A stretch of 64,000 nucleotides of DNA from an uncultured bacterium. GTDB taxonomy: Bacteria > Patescibacteriota > Microgenomatia > Levybacterales > UBA12049. A program made the position numbers and the translations under genes. The notes beneath the pieces were generated by a model. It made no database searches, was not told where the DNA came from, and saw only the letters and a list, made by a program, of their open reading frames with translations. Within the stretch, counting starts at the first letter, position 1. Each line of letters starts with the position of its first letter. Location of the stretch: assembly GCA_963826535.1 (NCBI GenBank), contig CAWGXL010000010.1, positions 106,814-170,813 of the forward strand, read 5' to 3'. Shown piece after piece: positions 36,838 to 46,176 of the stretch.

Positions 36838-38127
36838 ATGAATGAAGGGAAAATAGTTGTCGGCATTGACGTCGGCACTTATAAGATCGTTACAATAATA
36901 GCCAAAGTGATGGAAGATGTGGTTAATGTTTTAGGTGTTTCCGAGGTAAAATCATTAGGAATTCGCAAAGGTCAGATTGTAGACATAGAAGAGGCAGTTT
37001 CGGCAATTAATTCCTCAGTTGAAGCAGCTGAAAGGATGGCTGGCTATAATGTTTCTCACGTAGTAGCTTCAATTGGCGGCAGCCAAATTGAAAGTCAAAA
37101 TTCCCGAGGGGTAGTAGCAGCCTCAGCACCCCAGGGAGAAATAACATTGAGTGATTTGGCACGCGTAATTGATGCGGCAAAAGCAATATCTATACCTTCA
37201 ATTCGCGGGATTATCCACGTATTACCGCGAAATTATATCGTAGATGGACAAGAAGGAATCAAGGATCCTGTCGGAATGTCCGGAATAAGGCTTGAAGTAG
37301 ATACACATATTGTGACGGCTAATAGTGTTGCTGTCCGCAATCTTGAAAAAGCGTTTTCAGAAGTAGGTGTTGATGTTGATAGTTTCGTCTTTAGCGGTTA
37401 TGCCAGCTCGCTATCCGTACTAAATGATACCGAAAAAGAATTAGGCGTCGTTTTAGTTGATATCGGCGCCGGGACAACTGACATTTCGATTTATACCGAA
37501 GGATCGGCATCTTATTCATCTGTATTGGCAATTGGCAGCCGGCATGTAACTAATGATTTAGCCATTGGCCTTAGGATTTCTCTGGAAAGTGCTGAAAAAA
37601 TTAAATTATTTTTATCGCAAAACCAAAGTAAAAAAACAATTACAACCAGTGATCAACCTAAAGAGACTAAACCTTCAGATGAGTTAGATTTAACAACCTT
37701 AAGTTTACCTGAAGAAATCACAAAAGTCTCACAAAAAACACTGGTTGAAGGCATAATCCGTCCAAGACTAAATGAAATTTTCACCATGATCGGCTTAGAA
37801 ATCAAAAAAAGCGGCCTCGGCGGCCAAACTCCTGCCGGAATAGTTATAACCGGTGGAGGGTCATTGACTGTAGGCTTAAAAGAAGCTGCCAGACGCACGC
37901 TTGCCATGCCGGTTCGTATCGGTGTACCAATCAATGTCAAAGGAATAGTTGACGAGGTAGAGCATCCCGCCTTTTCGACTTGTTTAGGCCTTACTATTTA
38001 CGGCAGCCAAAACACATCGGCTAGGACATCCTCTTCCTTTAATTTTAATATGGCCAAAGGTTATATGTCGGGAACCGGGAAAGTATTCAAAAAAATAATA
38101 GAAATCTTCAAGTCTTTTATCCCCTAA
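36838..38127 (+). CDS. ftsA: Cell division protein FtsA (actin-like ATPase)
   Basis: VVGIDVGTYKIVTIIAKV N-terminal phosphate-1 motif; DIGAGTTDISIY phosphate-2; 429 aa. Confidence 0.9.
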   Translation: MNEGKIVVGIDVGTYKIVTIIAKVMEDVVNVLGVSEVKSLGIRKGQIVDIEEAVSAINSSVEAAERMAGYNVSHVVASIGGSQIESQNSRGVVAASAPQGEITLSDLARVIDAAKAISIPSIRGIIHVLPRNYIVDGQEGIKDPVGMSGIRLEVDTHIVTANSVAVRNLEKAFSEVGVDVDSFVFSGYASSLSVLNDTEKELGVVLVDIGAGTTDISIYTEGSASYSSVLAIGSRHVTNDLAIGLRISLESAEKIKLFLSQNQSKKTITTSDQPKETKPSDELDLTTLSLPEEITKVSQKTLVEGIIRPRLNEIFTMIGLEIKKSGLGGQTPAGIVITGGGSLTVGLKEAARRTLAMPVRIGVPINVKGIVDEVEHPAFSTCLGLTIYGSQNTSARTSSSFNFNMAKGYMSGTGKVFKKIIEIFKSFIP

Positions 38128-38156
38128 GATATTATTCAGGTTTAATTTCGTGGAAT

Positions 38157-39224
38157 TTATAGAATTAATTCTGAAGGATACTTTTGCGAGTCTGATTTAT
38201 ATGCGGAACCTTTTGAAAAGGCGGTCAGATTTGAATAATGTATCATATCTTGAGAAAGCTTAATAAAATCGCTGGATTCTTTCCCAAAATATACTTCATT
38301 TTTATTGAATTCTGTTTGCGATGAAGGTTTTATAAACAAATCAAGAAAATTCATTCCATTTAGGCAACACGCATAAATCCACGCGGGTGGACGAGGATTT
38401 ATTTCATATAAATAGAACTCTCCATCTGTTGTTCGAATTGTCTCAAATTCAATGACACAATCATTCAGGTCAATATTTTTACAAAAAGACTCGACCTTTT
38501 TTAGCATATCCGTGCTTAATTTCAATTTACCGAACCATGTTGCTCCATTTCCATCCATACCAATTTTTTCCATCTCTAAATAAGCAACAACCTCTCCTTG
38601 TTTATAAGCTACTAAGCCATTTATAAATTCCCCTACGATTTCTTTTTGAACAATACAATGAATTTCCTTATTATTCCATATATTACAAATTCTCTTTATC
38701 GCTGCATCTAATTCTTGTTTGTTAGTTGCTCGTATTGCTCCTTTTGTTAGCCCTTTAACAAATACAGGATAGCTAACTTCATCCGCAAATTCTTCACCCT
38801 CTTTAATTGAAGTAATGATCCTTGTTTTAGGATTTGCGAATTGATTATATGTAATATTCTCTAAATTAGTCTTCCTTATTTTTCTGAGTATTTCAATATT
38901 TGGAGCAATTAAATTAAATTTTAGAAAATCAAGCTTTTCACGTATAAAGGAAAATAAGATTGTTGTTTCGTCGTAACAGGGGACAATATACTCAATATCA
39001 TATGCCTTTTTTAAAGTACTTAGTTTTTTGACTAGACTGTCTAGATTTAAATTTCGTATTTCTTCAAGCACAACTGTTTTTTCAAAAAGATCTGATGAGG
39101 TTATAAAGGGTGTGTCATCAGCGCCATATACAGTATGTCCCGCTGCTTTTAGACTTCTAGCCACACCGATTCCTGCTTGTGGACTATCAATAACTTTTAA
39201 ATCAGTAACTAAAAACTTTGCCAT
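38157..39224 (-). CDS. ATP-grasp fold ligase
   Basis: EINPRP motif and KxxxG-rich central domain; 355 aa; last gene of a 4-gene minus-strand operon. Confidence 0.6.
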   Translation of the reverse strand: MAKFLVTDLKVIDSPQAGIGVARSLKAAGHTVYGADDTPFITSSDLFEKTVVLEEIRNLNLDSLVKKLSTLKKAYDIEYIVPCYDETTILFSFIREKLDFLKFNLIAPNIEILRKIRKTNLENITYNQFANPKTRIITSIKEGEEFADEVSYPVFVKGLTKGAIRATNKQELDAAIKRICNIWNNKEIHCIVQKEIVGEFINGLVAYKQGEVVAYLEMEKIGMDGNGATWFGKLKLSTDMLKKVESFCKNIDLNDCVIEFETIRTTDGEFYLYEINPRPPAWIYACCLNGMNFLDLFIKPSSQTEFNKNEVYFGKESSDFIKLSQDMIHYSNLTAFSKGSAYKSDSQKYPSELIL

Positions 39225-39225
39225 A

Positions 39226-40278
39226 TTAATTTATTAATATTTCTGGAATCTTAGTAATAAAATTTGATGCTTGAGATAGGGAATATGCCCCAACTCTTGA
39301 TAGTAGCATTTTATCACCGACCTCTGGTGTTCCAGTAACAAGGTAATTTTCTGCAATTTTATCAACTTGCATGCAGGAATTACCGAATATATTAATAAAA
39401 ACAGGTTGCCCTTTCTGTTTTTCTGCTTTGTATTCAATGCTATATTTTTTTTCCCAGTAACATGGAAAGTGCATAATATTTGCATCAATAACGACATCAA
39501 TATTTCCACCATCAAGTTCTTTCTTTGAAACAATTGTTGTTTCTAAGTCAAAAGCGTTTTCAACGAGGTTACGACCTACTTCTGAGATAATTAGTATATT
39601 TTTGGGCACTAAACTATTAACAATTTTGGGCAATTCCTGATACATTGCTTTTTGGTAGATTATTTCATCAGCTCCAGGCAATCCTCCTCCGATATCTAAA
39701 TACTCCAGCTCTAAGTTATGTTCTTTAATAAGTTCGTTAAACTTTTCTAGTATAAGGGAATAGTTAACAACAGAAAAGTTATTTGTGGAAAAGTGAAAAT
39801 GGAACCCCTTCAATTTATTCCCAAGCTGTTTAATAACTTTTTTTACTCCCTTTGACTCAACATCATATCCAAACCTATTCCAAATTCCTGGTTTGTTGAT
39901 AAATAGACGTAAGCCAATGGTAATTTTGTCGGTATATTTTTTATCTAAATTTGCAATGAGTTCAATATCAGTATCATTATCAATATTTAAAAACAAGCGC
40001 TCAACACCAGAATTAATAATATCTTTAACTAACGCCACTGACTTTGAAGGGCCATTTAAAACTAAGTGCTTTATATGATATTTCTTAACTAATTCCCATT
40101 CATAATCGGAAACAATTTCAAATGAACAATGTTGATTAATCGTTTCTAAAACAGGCTCCGAAAAGTTCGTTTTTACAGAATAAAAAATTCTGAAATTGAT
40201 TTCTTGCGACACAAAAGCCTCATTAAGCTTTTTAATGTTCTGTTCTACTGCATGTTTTTTAAACAAAAACTTTGCCAT
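39226..40278 (-). CDS. PLP-dependent decarboxylase of the Orn/DAP/Arg (alanine racemase-fold, LysA/carboxynorspermidine decarboxylase-like) family
   Basis: FYSVKTN (the YxVKAN PLP-lysine motif); 350 aa; 1-nt gap to the ATP-grasp gene. Confidence 0.65.
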   Translation of the reverse strand: MAKFLFKKHAVEQNIKKLNEAFVSQEINFRIFYSVKTNFSEPVLETINQHCSFEIVSDYEWELVKKYHIKHLVLNGPSKSVALVKDIINSGVERLFLNIDNDTDIELIANLDKKYTDKITIGLRLFINKPGIWNRFGYDVESKGVKKVIKQLGNKLKGFHFHFSTNNFSVVNYSLILEKFNELIKEHNLELEYLDIGGGLPGADEIIYQKAMYQELPKIVNSLVPKNILIISEVGRNLVENAFDLETTIVSKKELDGGNIDVVIDANIMHFPCYWEKKYSIEYKAEKQKGQPVFINIFGNSCMQVDKIAENYLVTGTPEVGDKMLLSRVGAYSLSQASNFITKIPEILIN

Positions 40279-40420
40279 ATCTAAAAAATATTCTTTGTTT
40301 TATAATATTCGTAGTCTTTGCCTATTGCATAAAATTCTCTATATTCATACAAGGGAGCAAAATCTAAGTTTATATTTCCTAATTCATATGGGCTTTTTTT
40401 ATTAGAAAAGTGAACTTCCC

Positions 40421-41128
40421 CTAGAGGAGGCATAATGGCAAGACTCCCCCCATCATTCGATCATTATAAAACGGAGAAGTATATTTTCCAACGGAATTTA
40501 CAAAAACCAGCGCGAACGCATTTTCATAGCTACGAGCAATGCATAATTCTCTATAATACTTCTTTTCTAAAGAGAATGAATACCTTGCCTGCAAAGCATT
40601 TCCGCCAATTCCCCAAAAACTTGGAACAACGATCAAATCAATCTTATTTATATAATGTCTAAATACTTCCGGAAGAATAAGATCCCAACAAATTGCCATA
40701 CCTACTTTTATATCTCCAACATTGAAAACAGGATACTCATTGCTTGATTTACAAATATAATTTTCGTTATAAATTAACGCTTTTTTAGAATATTCTGCAA
40801 GAATTTTCCCGTTTTTTAGTGACCATGTCATATTTTTATATTCTTTGTCATGTAAGACTATTGCGGAACCAAATATAAATGTGGTCTTGGGATAGGAAGT
40901 AGATAGCTTCAATAATTCTTCTTTTACGTTAATTTTCGAAAGTTGTTTTTTGTAACCCACAAAGGCTTCAAGATTTAGCGAACCAGAGAATGTATATTCA
41001 GGAAAGATAACAAGATCAGAATGCTTAATTTTTTTTTTATTTGTATACAAAAGGTTACTAATATTATTTAGATTAAATCTAATGTCATTAAATTTTGGTA
41101 AACTTTGAAAATATGCAATGCTTAACAT
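40421..41128 (-). CDS. Carbon-nitrogen hydrolase (nitrilase superfamily) protein
   Basis: Catalytic triad context DLVIFPEY (Glu) and GMAICWD (Cys); 235 aa. Confidence 0.7.
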   Translation of the reverse strand: MLSIAYFQSLPKFNDIRFNLNNISNLLYTNKKKIKHSDLVIFPEYTFSGSLNLEAFVGYKKQLSKINVKEELLKLSTSYPKTTFIFGSAIVLHDKEYKNMTWSLKNGKILAEYSKKALIYNENYICKSSNEYPVFNVGDIKVGMAICWDLILPEVFRHYINKIDLIVVPSFWGIGGNALQARYSFSLEKKYYRELCIARSYENAFALVFVNSVGKYTSPFYNDRMMGGVLPLCLL

Positions 41129-41131
41129 ACG

Positions 41132-42187
41132 TTAAATAAAATATGAACGATCAATTACTAATTTAGGTTTACGATCCGGCATCTTCAATGGCCGATTTAT
41201 AAGAAGGGGAATATACCCTCTCCGACAACTTTCACCTCTTATACGCTTCTCATCAATATCTCTCACCCATCGGGCACCGTGCCCCAATTCTTTTGCGACT
41301 TTTTCAGGAGATTGTTTTTGATACCACAACCTTCTTATTATTGGATCAATGATTGTTGCATCTACTCTATCACCTCCATAATGCGAAGAATCAGCTATAT
41401 TAAGTTCGCTTACCAAGGGTTTACGTTGTTGAATATAATTAGGCACTCCAATATCTCTAGCCAATGCGTAAACTTCCACTTTATAGAGATCACTGAGGGG
41501 TGCTATATTACCTGCTGGTCCTCCTATCGAATAAGCTGCAAGAATATACTCTGACCCATTAGTTGACCCAACTGAAATTAAATCGTTCTCTTCTGCCATC
41601 GAGTAAAGATTATTTGCTCGTATTCGCGGCAACTGACTACTTCTTGACCATATTTTTCTATATGGTTTTCGAGATGCTTCATATTGATCACCTATATCAA
41701 TATAATCATAATTCAATTTTAAGTCACTACACATCTGTTTTGCGTATTGAATATCAACCCACTCTGCAGGAGTTCCTTTGTAATCCTCAACATTAACATT
41801 AGGATTTCCTTGTCCCATTATTACAGTTTTTAGTTCTGTTCCTTTCTGTTTTGAATATCCCTGAAGCAATCTCGTAATTACCGCAGAATCTAATCCACCA
41901 GAAAGAGCAACAACAAATCCATCACATTTTGGCTTGCTAAATCCGGTAAAGTCAACAAGAGATTTATCCAGATAACTGAATAACGCCTTTACATAAGCCT
42001 CTGTAATATGAATATTCTCAACCCGTACTCTACTATTAAAATTTACCTCTCTCTCGTTGGGTATAGGAAACCATGTACTCGTCTCACTCGAAGGGGAAGC
42101 CAACTTTGTGCGCTCCGCATTTTGTAAATGCATCATATCATTTGAATGTTGTAAAGAACTATCGTAAAGGTAATTTTCTATTTGCAT
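41132..42187 (-). CDS. nadE: NAD+ synthetase-family PP-loop ATP pyrophosphatase (NadE-like) with a ~100-aa N-terminal extension
   Basis: PP-loop VVALSGGLDSAV; 351 aa; 3-nt gap to the downstream CN-hydrolase gene. Confidence 0.65.
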   Translation of the reverse strand: MQIENYLYDSSLQHSNDMMHLQNAERTKLASPSSETSTWFPIPNEREVNFNSRVRVENIHITEAYVKALFSYLDKSLVDFTGFSKPKCDGFVVALSGGLDSAVITRLLQGYSKQKGTELKTVIMGQGNPNVNVEDYKGTPAEWVDIQYAKQMCSDLKLNYDYIDIGDQYEASRKPYRKIWSRSSQLPRIRANNLYSMAEENDLISVGSTNGSEYILAAYSIGGPAGNIAPLSDLYKVEVYALARDIGVPNYIQQRKPLVSELNIADSSHYGGDRVDATIIDPIIRRLWYQKQSPEKVAKELGHGARWVRDIDEKRIRGESCRRGYIPLLINRPLKMPDRKPKLVIDRSYFI

Positions 42188-42501
42188 AATGTAAAAAGTA
42201 TATTGCGTTATTATACCATATTCTCGAAAAACAAGTAATTATATAATAAATTAATAAAAATATAGTATTTACAATAAATAAATATTACATTTAAATATTA
42301 CGTTTATTAAAAATTAAACAAACTTATAGTAATAATTTTAGCGTCTGTTTCAGTAAAATGTTAATGTATATAATTTCAATTATAGGCTTGCAAATTTCAA
42401 AAAAAGGTGTATAATTCTAGCACTCAATATTATAAGTCTTACATCTGCCCCTTATCGAATTTAAAAACGAAAAACTGCCAACATAAGTACTTGTAAGGAG
42501 T

Positions 42502-44433
42502 ATGACAACTTATAGAAATTATAAATTAACTGAAGATTCAACCGGAAAAAAAGCTCATTTTAAAAATAAAAATTTAAAAAATAAAAATCTGGCAGTATTT
42601 GTGCATGGATTTACAGGTGATTACTTATCTACTTGGGGAAAGTTTCCGCAATTTCTAACTAACGATCCAAGATTATCCCACTACGATTTTCTGTTTTGGG
42701 GTTATTCAAGTAATTTACTTACTTCAAAAGATAATTTTATTTCGGATAACATCAAACAGCTTTTTATACAACTTCTTAATAAACATAAGACCAATCAACA
42801 TATAGATGTGGTAGCCCAGAGTCTGCAAACAGAGTTGAAATACATCGAGGATTATGAAAATATTACCCTAATAGGACATAGTCTTGGAGGACTTATTATA
42901 AGATCATATATTATCCAAAATCTAATTGAACGCAAAAAGGAAAATCTGGACAGGATCAATAAAATAAACCAAATTATTTTATTCGGAACACCCAACGAAG
43001 GGATAGATATGGCAAATAACAAATTACTAAGCAGTTTCAATAATCAAATATATGATGTCGGATCATACAATGAATTTATCAATACTTTGAGAGAAGAATG
43101 GATAGAGTTGGTATTTAAGGATAAAAATTTAGGCTTTACTACTTTAATGGTTGCGGGAGAAGATGATTATTTTGTCCCTTTTAAACAAGTAACGAAATAT
43201 TTCCGTGATTCAAGAGAGGTAACTCAGGGTGATCATACAACAATGGTAAAGCCTAAATCAGTTAATGATCTATCTTACAAAATTGTCGCAAATAATCTAT
43301 TAAAGGTTAGCCAAAATAAAAATTCGCCTGAAGAAGGTCATTCTATTCCTAGGCAGATATATCCATCAAGTGAATATTTAAAGACAGAATTAGATAAAAT
43401 TAGAAAATTGATAGCCAGCAGAGGATTGGATGATGAAGATTGGTCCTGTGCTGTTTCTTCACAATACTTTTTGGTTAGACTCGCCCGGCTTTTAAAGATT
43501 ACCGATACATCAGAGTACCTTAATCTTCTGGACTTATTTTTAAAAAGTTTTTATATGAGAGTAGATAATTCGATTATATTGTCTGAGGATAAAATTCTTA
43601 TTACACCTGTGGAGGCTAGACGAATGAAACAATTTATGATTGAGGAAGACAAGAGGGATGATTACTTTACTCGATACAGCAAAACCACAGCAAATAATTT
43701 AGATACGGAGTTACTTCAAGATAATTATCATTATGGGCTTGTAGCTCAAATTAGCAGGGCGAGAGAATTTCCAGATAGTTCAACGCTAAGATTGATACAA
43801 GGACTAGCAATGCAGAGACTACTTTACAGGAATGAGAAAAAACCTATTGATGATCATGGAGGATGGTATCCACAAAGGCTCCCGTGGCTCACTGCCAGAA
43901 TACTCATATCGCTTAAGAATTCGGACTATGAAGTCAGGAGTGATAAAGAATATATTGAAAAGACAGCTTCTAAAGCTATAGATTATTTAATCAGGTCTAT
44001 CTACCAGGATAAGTATTGGAGAAGTGGTGCCGGAGAATGGGTATCGGATTTGGAGTCAACTGCATTATGCCTTGAGGCGATTGATGAGTGGGGGAAAATA
44101 AAAGAGTACGAACATAAAATACTTCCGATAATAAAACATTTTTTGGCATTAGAAAATGAGTGGCTGGAACATCCGTCCTTTGATTCTGAAGAAGAATCAA
44201 ATGCAACCCTCGCTTCTGTCACTCTCTTATGCAATATTCTCATAATCATACATAATAATTTTAAAGAAGAAATTGCCATTGATTATAAAAAATACCTTGA
44301 TTATCTCGCGAGCGTCTTTGATTATATGGTTAAATCCTCTGCTTTGGTGGTCCGTCAATACAATACAATGCCACAGATAACTTTTTATATTACTCGATTT
44401 GTCTTGGCGCTTGATAGCTCATTAGTCAGATAA
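42502..44433 (+). CDS. Alpha/beta-hydrolase (DUF676/PGAP1-like lipase fold; nucleophile elbow GHSLGG) fused to a ~370-aa C-terminal helical-repeat domain
   Basis: AVFVHGFTGD oxyanion region and LIGHSLGGLI. C-terminal repeats with GGW/SGAGEW-type motifs reminiscent of alpha/alpha-toroid proteins. Preceded by a ~310-bp, >85% AT intergenic region. Confidence 0.55.
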   Translation: MTTYRNYKLTEDSTGKKAHFKNKNLKNKNLAVFVHGFTGDYLSTWGKFPQFLTNDPRLSHYDFLFWGYSSNLLTSKDNFISDNIKQLFIQLLNKHKTNQHIDVVAQSLQTELKYIEDYENITLIGHSLGGLIIRSYIIQNLIERKKENLDRINKINQIILFGTPNEGIDMANNKLLSSFNNQIYDVGSYNEFINTLREEWIELVFKDKNLGFTTLMVAGEDDYFVPFKQVTKYFRDSREVTQGDHTTMVKPKSVNDLSYKIVANNLLKVSQNKNSPEEGHSIPRQIYPSSEYLKTELDKIRKLIASRGLDDEDWSCAVSSQYFLVRLARLLKITDTSEYLNLLDLFLKSFYMRVDNSIILSEDKILITPVEARRMKQFMIEEDKRDDYFTRYSKTTANNLDTELLQDNYHYGLVAQISRAREFPDSSTLRLIQGLAMQRLLYRNEKKPIDDHGGWYPQRLPWLTARILISLKNSDYEVRSDKEYIEKTASKAIDYLIRSIYQDKYWRSGAGEWVSDLESTALCLEAIDEWGKIKEYEHKILPIIKHFLALENEWLEHPSFDSEEESNATLASVTLLCNILIIIHNNFKEEIAIDYKKYLDYLASVFDYMVKSSALVVRQYNTMPQITFYITRFVLALDSSLVR

Positions 44434-44519
44434 ATACTACCTTCCTCAATACTTTTTACTTATTTCATACATTTTGGTACTTGAAATTTCCTCATTAAAT
44501 TAGGTATTATTACAGCAAT

Positions 44520-45329
44520 ATGAGTTGGGGTAAGAAATTAGCGCAAATTTGGATAAATTATGTTCCGCCGGCAAGACCTTCTTACGCCGAACTATGTATT
44601 TATACGGAATATCTTCGTGAGATTCAAAAAAGTTTAAAAAGAAGAGTAGAACTGCTTATTTTAGGATCAACTGCAGAATTTAGAGATTGGGGATTTGAAC
44701 AGTTTCTTAATGTTACTGTTATTGATTATAGCTATGATTATTATTTAGAGTCTGGCAGGGGCACAAAACATAAAAATTTAAACGAGAGGATGGTTCATAA
44801 AAGATGGCAAGATATGGATTTCGAAAATAAATTTGATGTAATTATTGGCGATATGGTAATTGGAAATTTACCGCCGCACGATGTACAAAATTTTCTAGAG
44901 AGAGCCTCTCAGGCACTTACTAAAAATGGGCTTTTTATGACGAAAAGTGTATTTAAAAATGGTAAAAAAACTCCAAACATCGAAGAATTACTGAAAGATT
45001 ATTATTCGCTTCATAGTCATCATCACCCTCTTACAAAAATGCTTTATGGTTTGCTCCTTACATGTAGAGATCCCCATCAGGAACTTTTAAATTTTCAAAA
45101 GTTGTGGGGCAAGTTAGAAAAAGCACACAAGAGCGGATTTCTCAAAAGTGAAACTATGGAAATATTTTCGAAACTAGGATGGAAAGACATTGTGAAATTC
45201 CAATTCAATATACCGGATTTTGATAATTGGGAAAATATGATAAAAAAATCTTTTAATGGGTTTAAAAAAGAATATTGCGGAGATGTTTATAGCCAGAATA
45301 TTCCAGTTTATATAATATACAACTCATAG
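44520..45329 (+). CDS. Putative SAM-dependent methyltransferase-like protein
   Basis: LLILGSTAEF and DVIIGDMVIGNL resemble MTase motifs I and post-I. Weak call. Confidence 0.35.
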   Translation: MSWGKKLAQIWINYVPPARPSYAELCIYTEYLREIQKSLKRRVELLILGSTAEFRDWGFEQFLNVTVIDYSYDYYLESGRGTKHKNLNERMVHKRWQDMDFENKFDVIIGDMVIGNLPPHDVQNFLERASQALTKNGLFMTKSVFKNGKKTPNIEELLKDYYSLHSHHHPLTKMLYGLLLTCRDPHQELLNFQKLWGKLEKAHKSGFLKSETMEIFSKLGWKDIVKFQFNIPDFDNWENMIKKSFNGFKKEYCGDVYSQNIPVYIIYNS

Positions 45330-45330
45330 T

Positions 45331-46083
45331 TCATAATAAATGAGATCCTCCATTCATATATATAATATTCCCGTTGAGAAATTTTGATTTGTCCTCTATT
45401 ATCATCAGCACGACATTCGCAATATCTTCGGTCGTAGATATTCTACCCAGAGGGTTTTTCTTCGCAAAGAAATCCCATGTTTCACGATCCCTACCTCCGA
45501 TTTTATCCCATATCGCTGTTTGCGTGGGGCCGGGTCCAATCGCATTTGTACGAATTCCATATTTACCAAGATATAGGGCCATTGATTTCATAAATGCTAT
45601 TACTCCTGCTGTTCCAACACTATATGCGGTATCTTCTGCTGTTGGCCTTTCACCCATCGCTGAGACAATAATGATCAGATTTGCATTCTCTCGCCCTTTC
45701 ATTAGGGGCAATGAGTATTTCGTAGTCAGAAAATTACCATTGATTTTAGTCTCAACGACGGATAACCATTCTTTAAAAGATAAAACTTCAATATTTTTAG
45801 GTATATGGATCCCAGCATTATTAACTAAGACATTAAGATGTCCAAAATCAGATTTGATACGTTTAAATGCTAGTTTTACACTTTCCCTAGATCTCACATC
45901 AAGCTTTATCATGCGGGCATCAAAGCCTTTCTTAATTAACTCCTTAACAGTCTCCTTCCCCAGTTTTTCATTTGTATAATATGTTACATATACCACGTAG
46001 CCTTTTTCAGCTAGCTTTCTTGCAATAGATTTACCTATTCCTTGTGATGAGCCGGTAATTAATGCTGTCTTAATATTCTTCAT
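45331..46083 (-). CDS. SDR family (short-chain dehydrogenase/reductase) oxidoreductase
   Basis: TGSSQGIGKSIA (TGxxxGIG) and NNAGI motifs; 250 aa. Confidence 0.8.
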   Translation of the reverse strand: MKNIKTALITGSSQGIGKSIARKLAEKGYVVYVTYYTNEKLGKETVKELIKKGFDARMIKLDVRSRESVKLAFKRIKSDFGHLNVLVNNAGIHIPKNIEVLSFKEWLSVVETKINGNFLTTKYSLPLMKGRENANLIIIVSAMGERPTAEDTAYSVGTAGVIAFMKSMALYLGKYGIRTNAIGPGPTQTAIWDKIGGRDRETWDFFAKKNPLGRISTTEDIANVVLMIIEDKSKFLNGNIIYMNGGSHLL

Positions 46084-46176
46084 ACAGTAATTCAGTAAGG
46101 ATTATAGCATCAGTTTGTCGACTGTGCTACAGTAGGAATTGCTTCTAGTTTTGTTGTTTAGGTATAATCAACCTGT

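Noticed and set aside
40421-42187. Annotating nadE + CN-hydrolase simply as housekeeping glutamine-dependent NAD synthetase
   Set aside because: The domain order is reversed relative to fused NadE, and the operon continues with decarboxylase and ATP-grasp genes. This is kept as a finding rather than a firm functional call.
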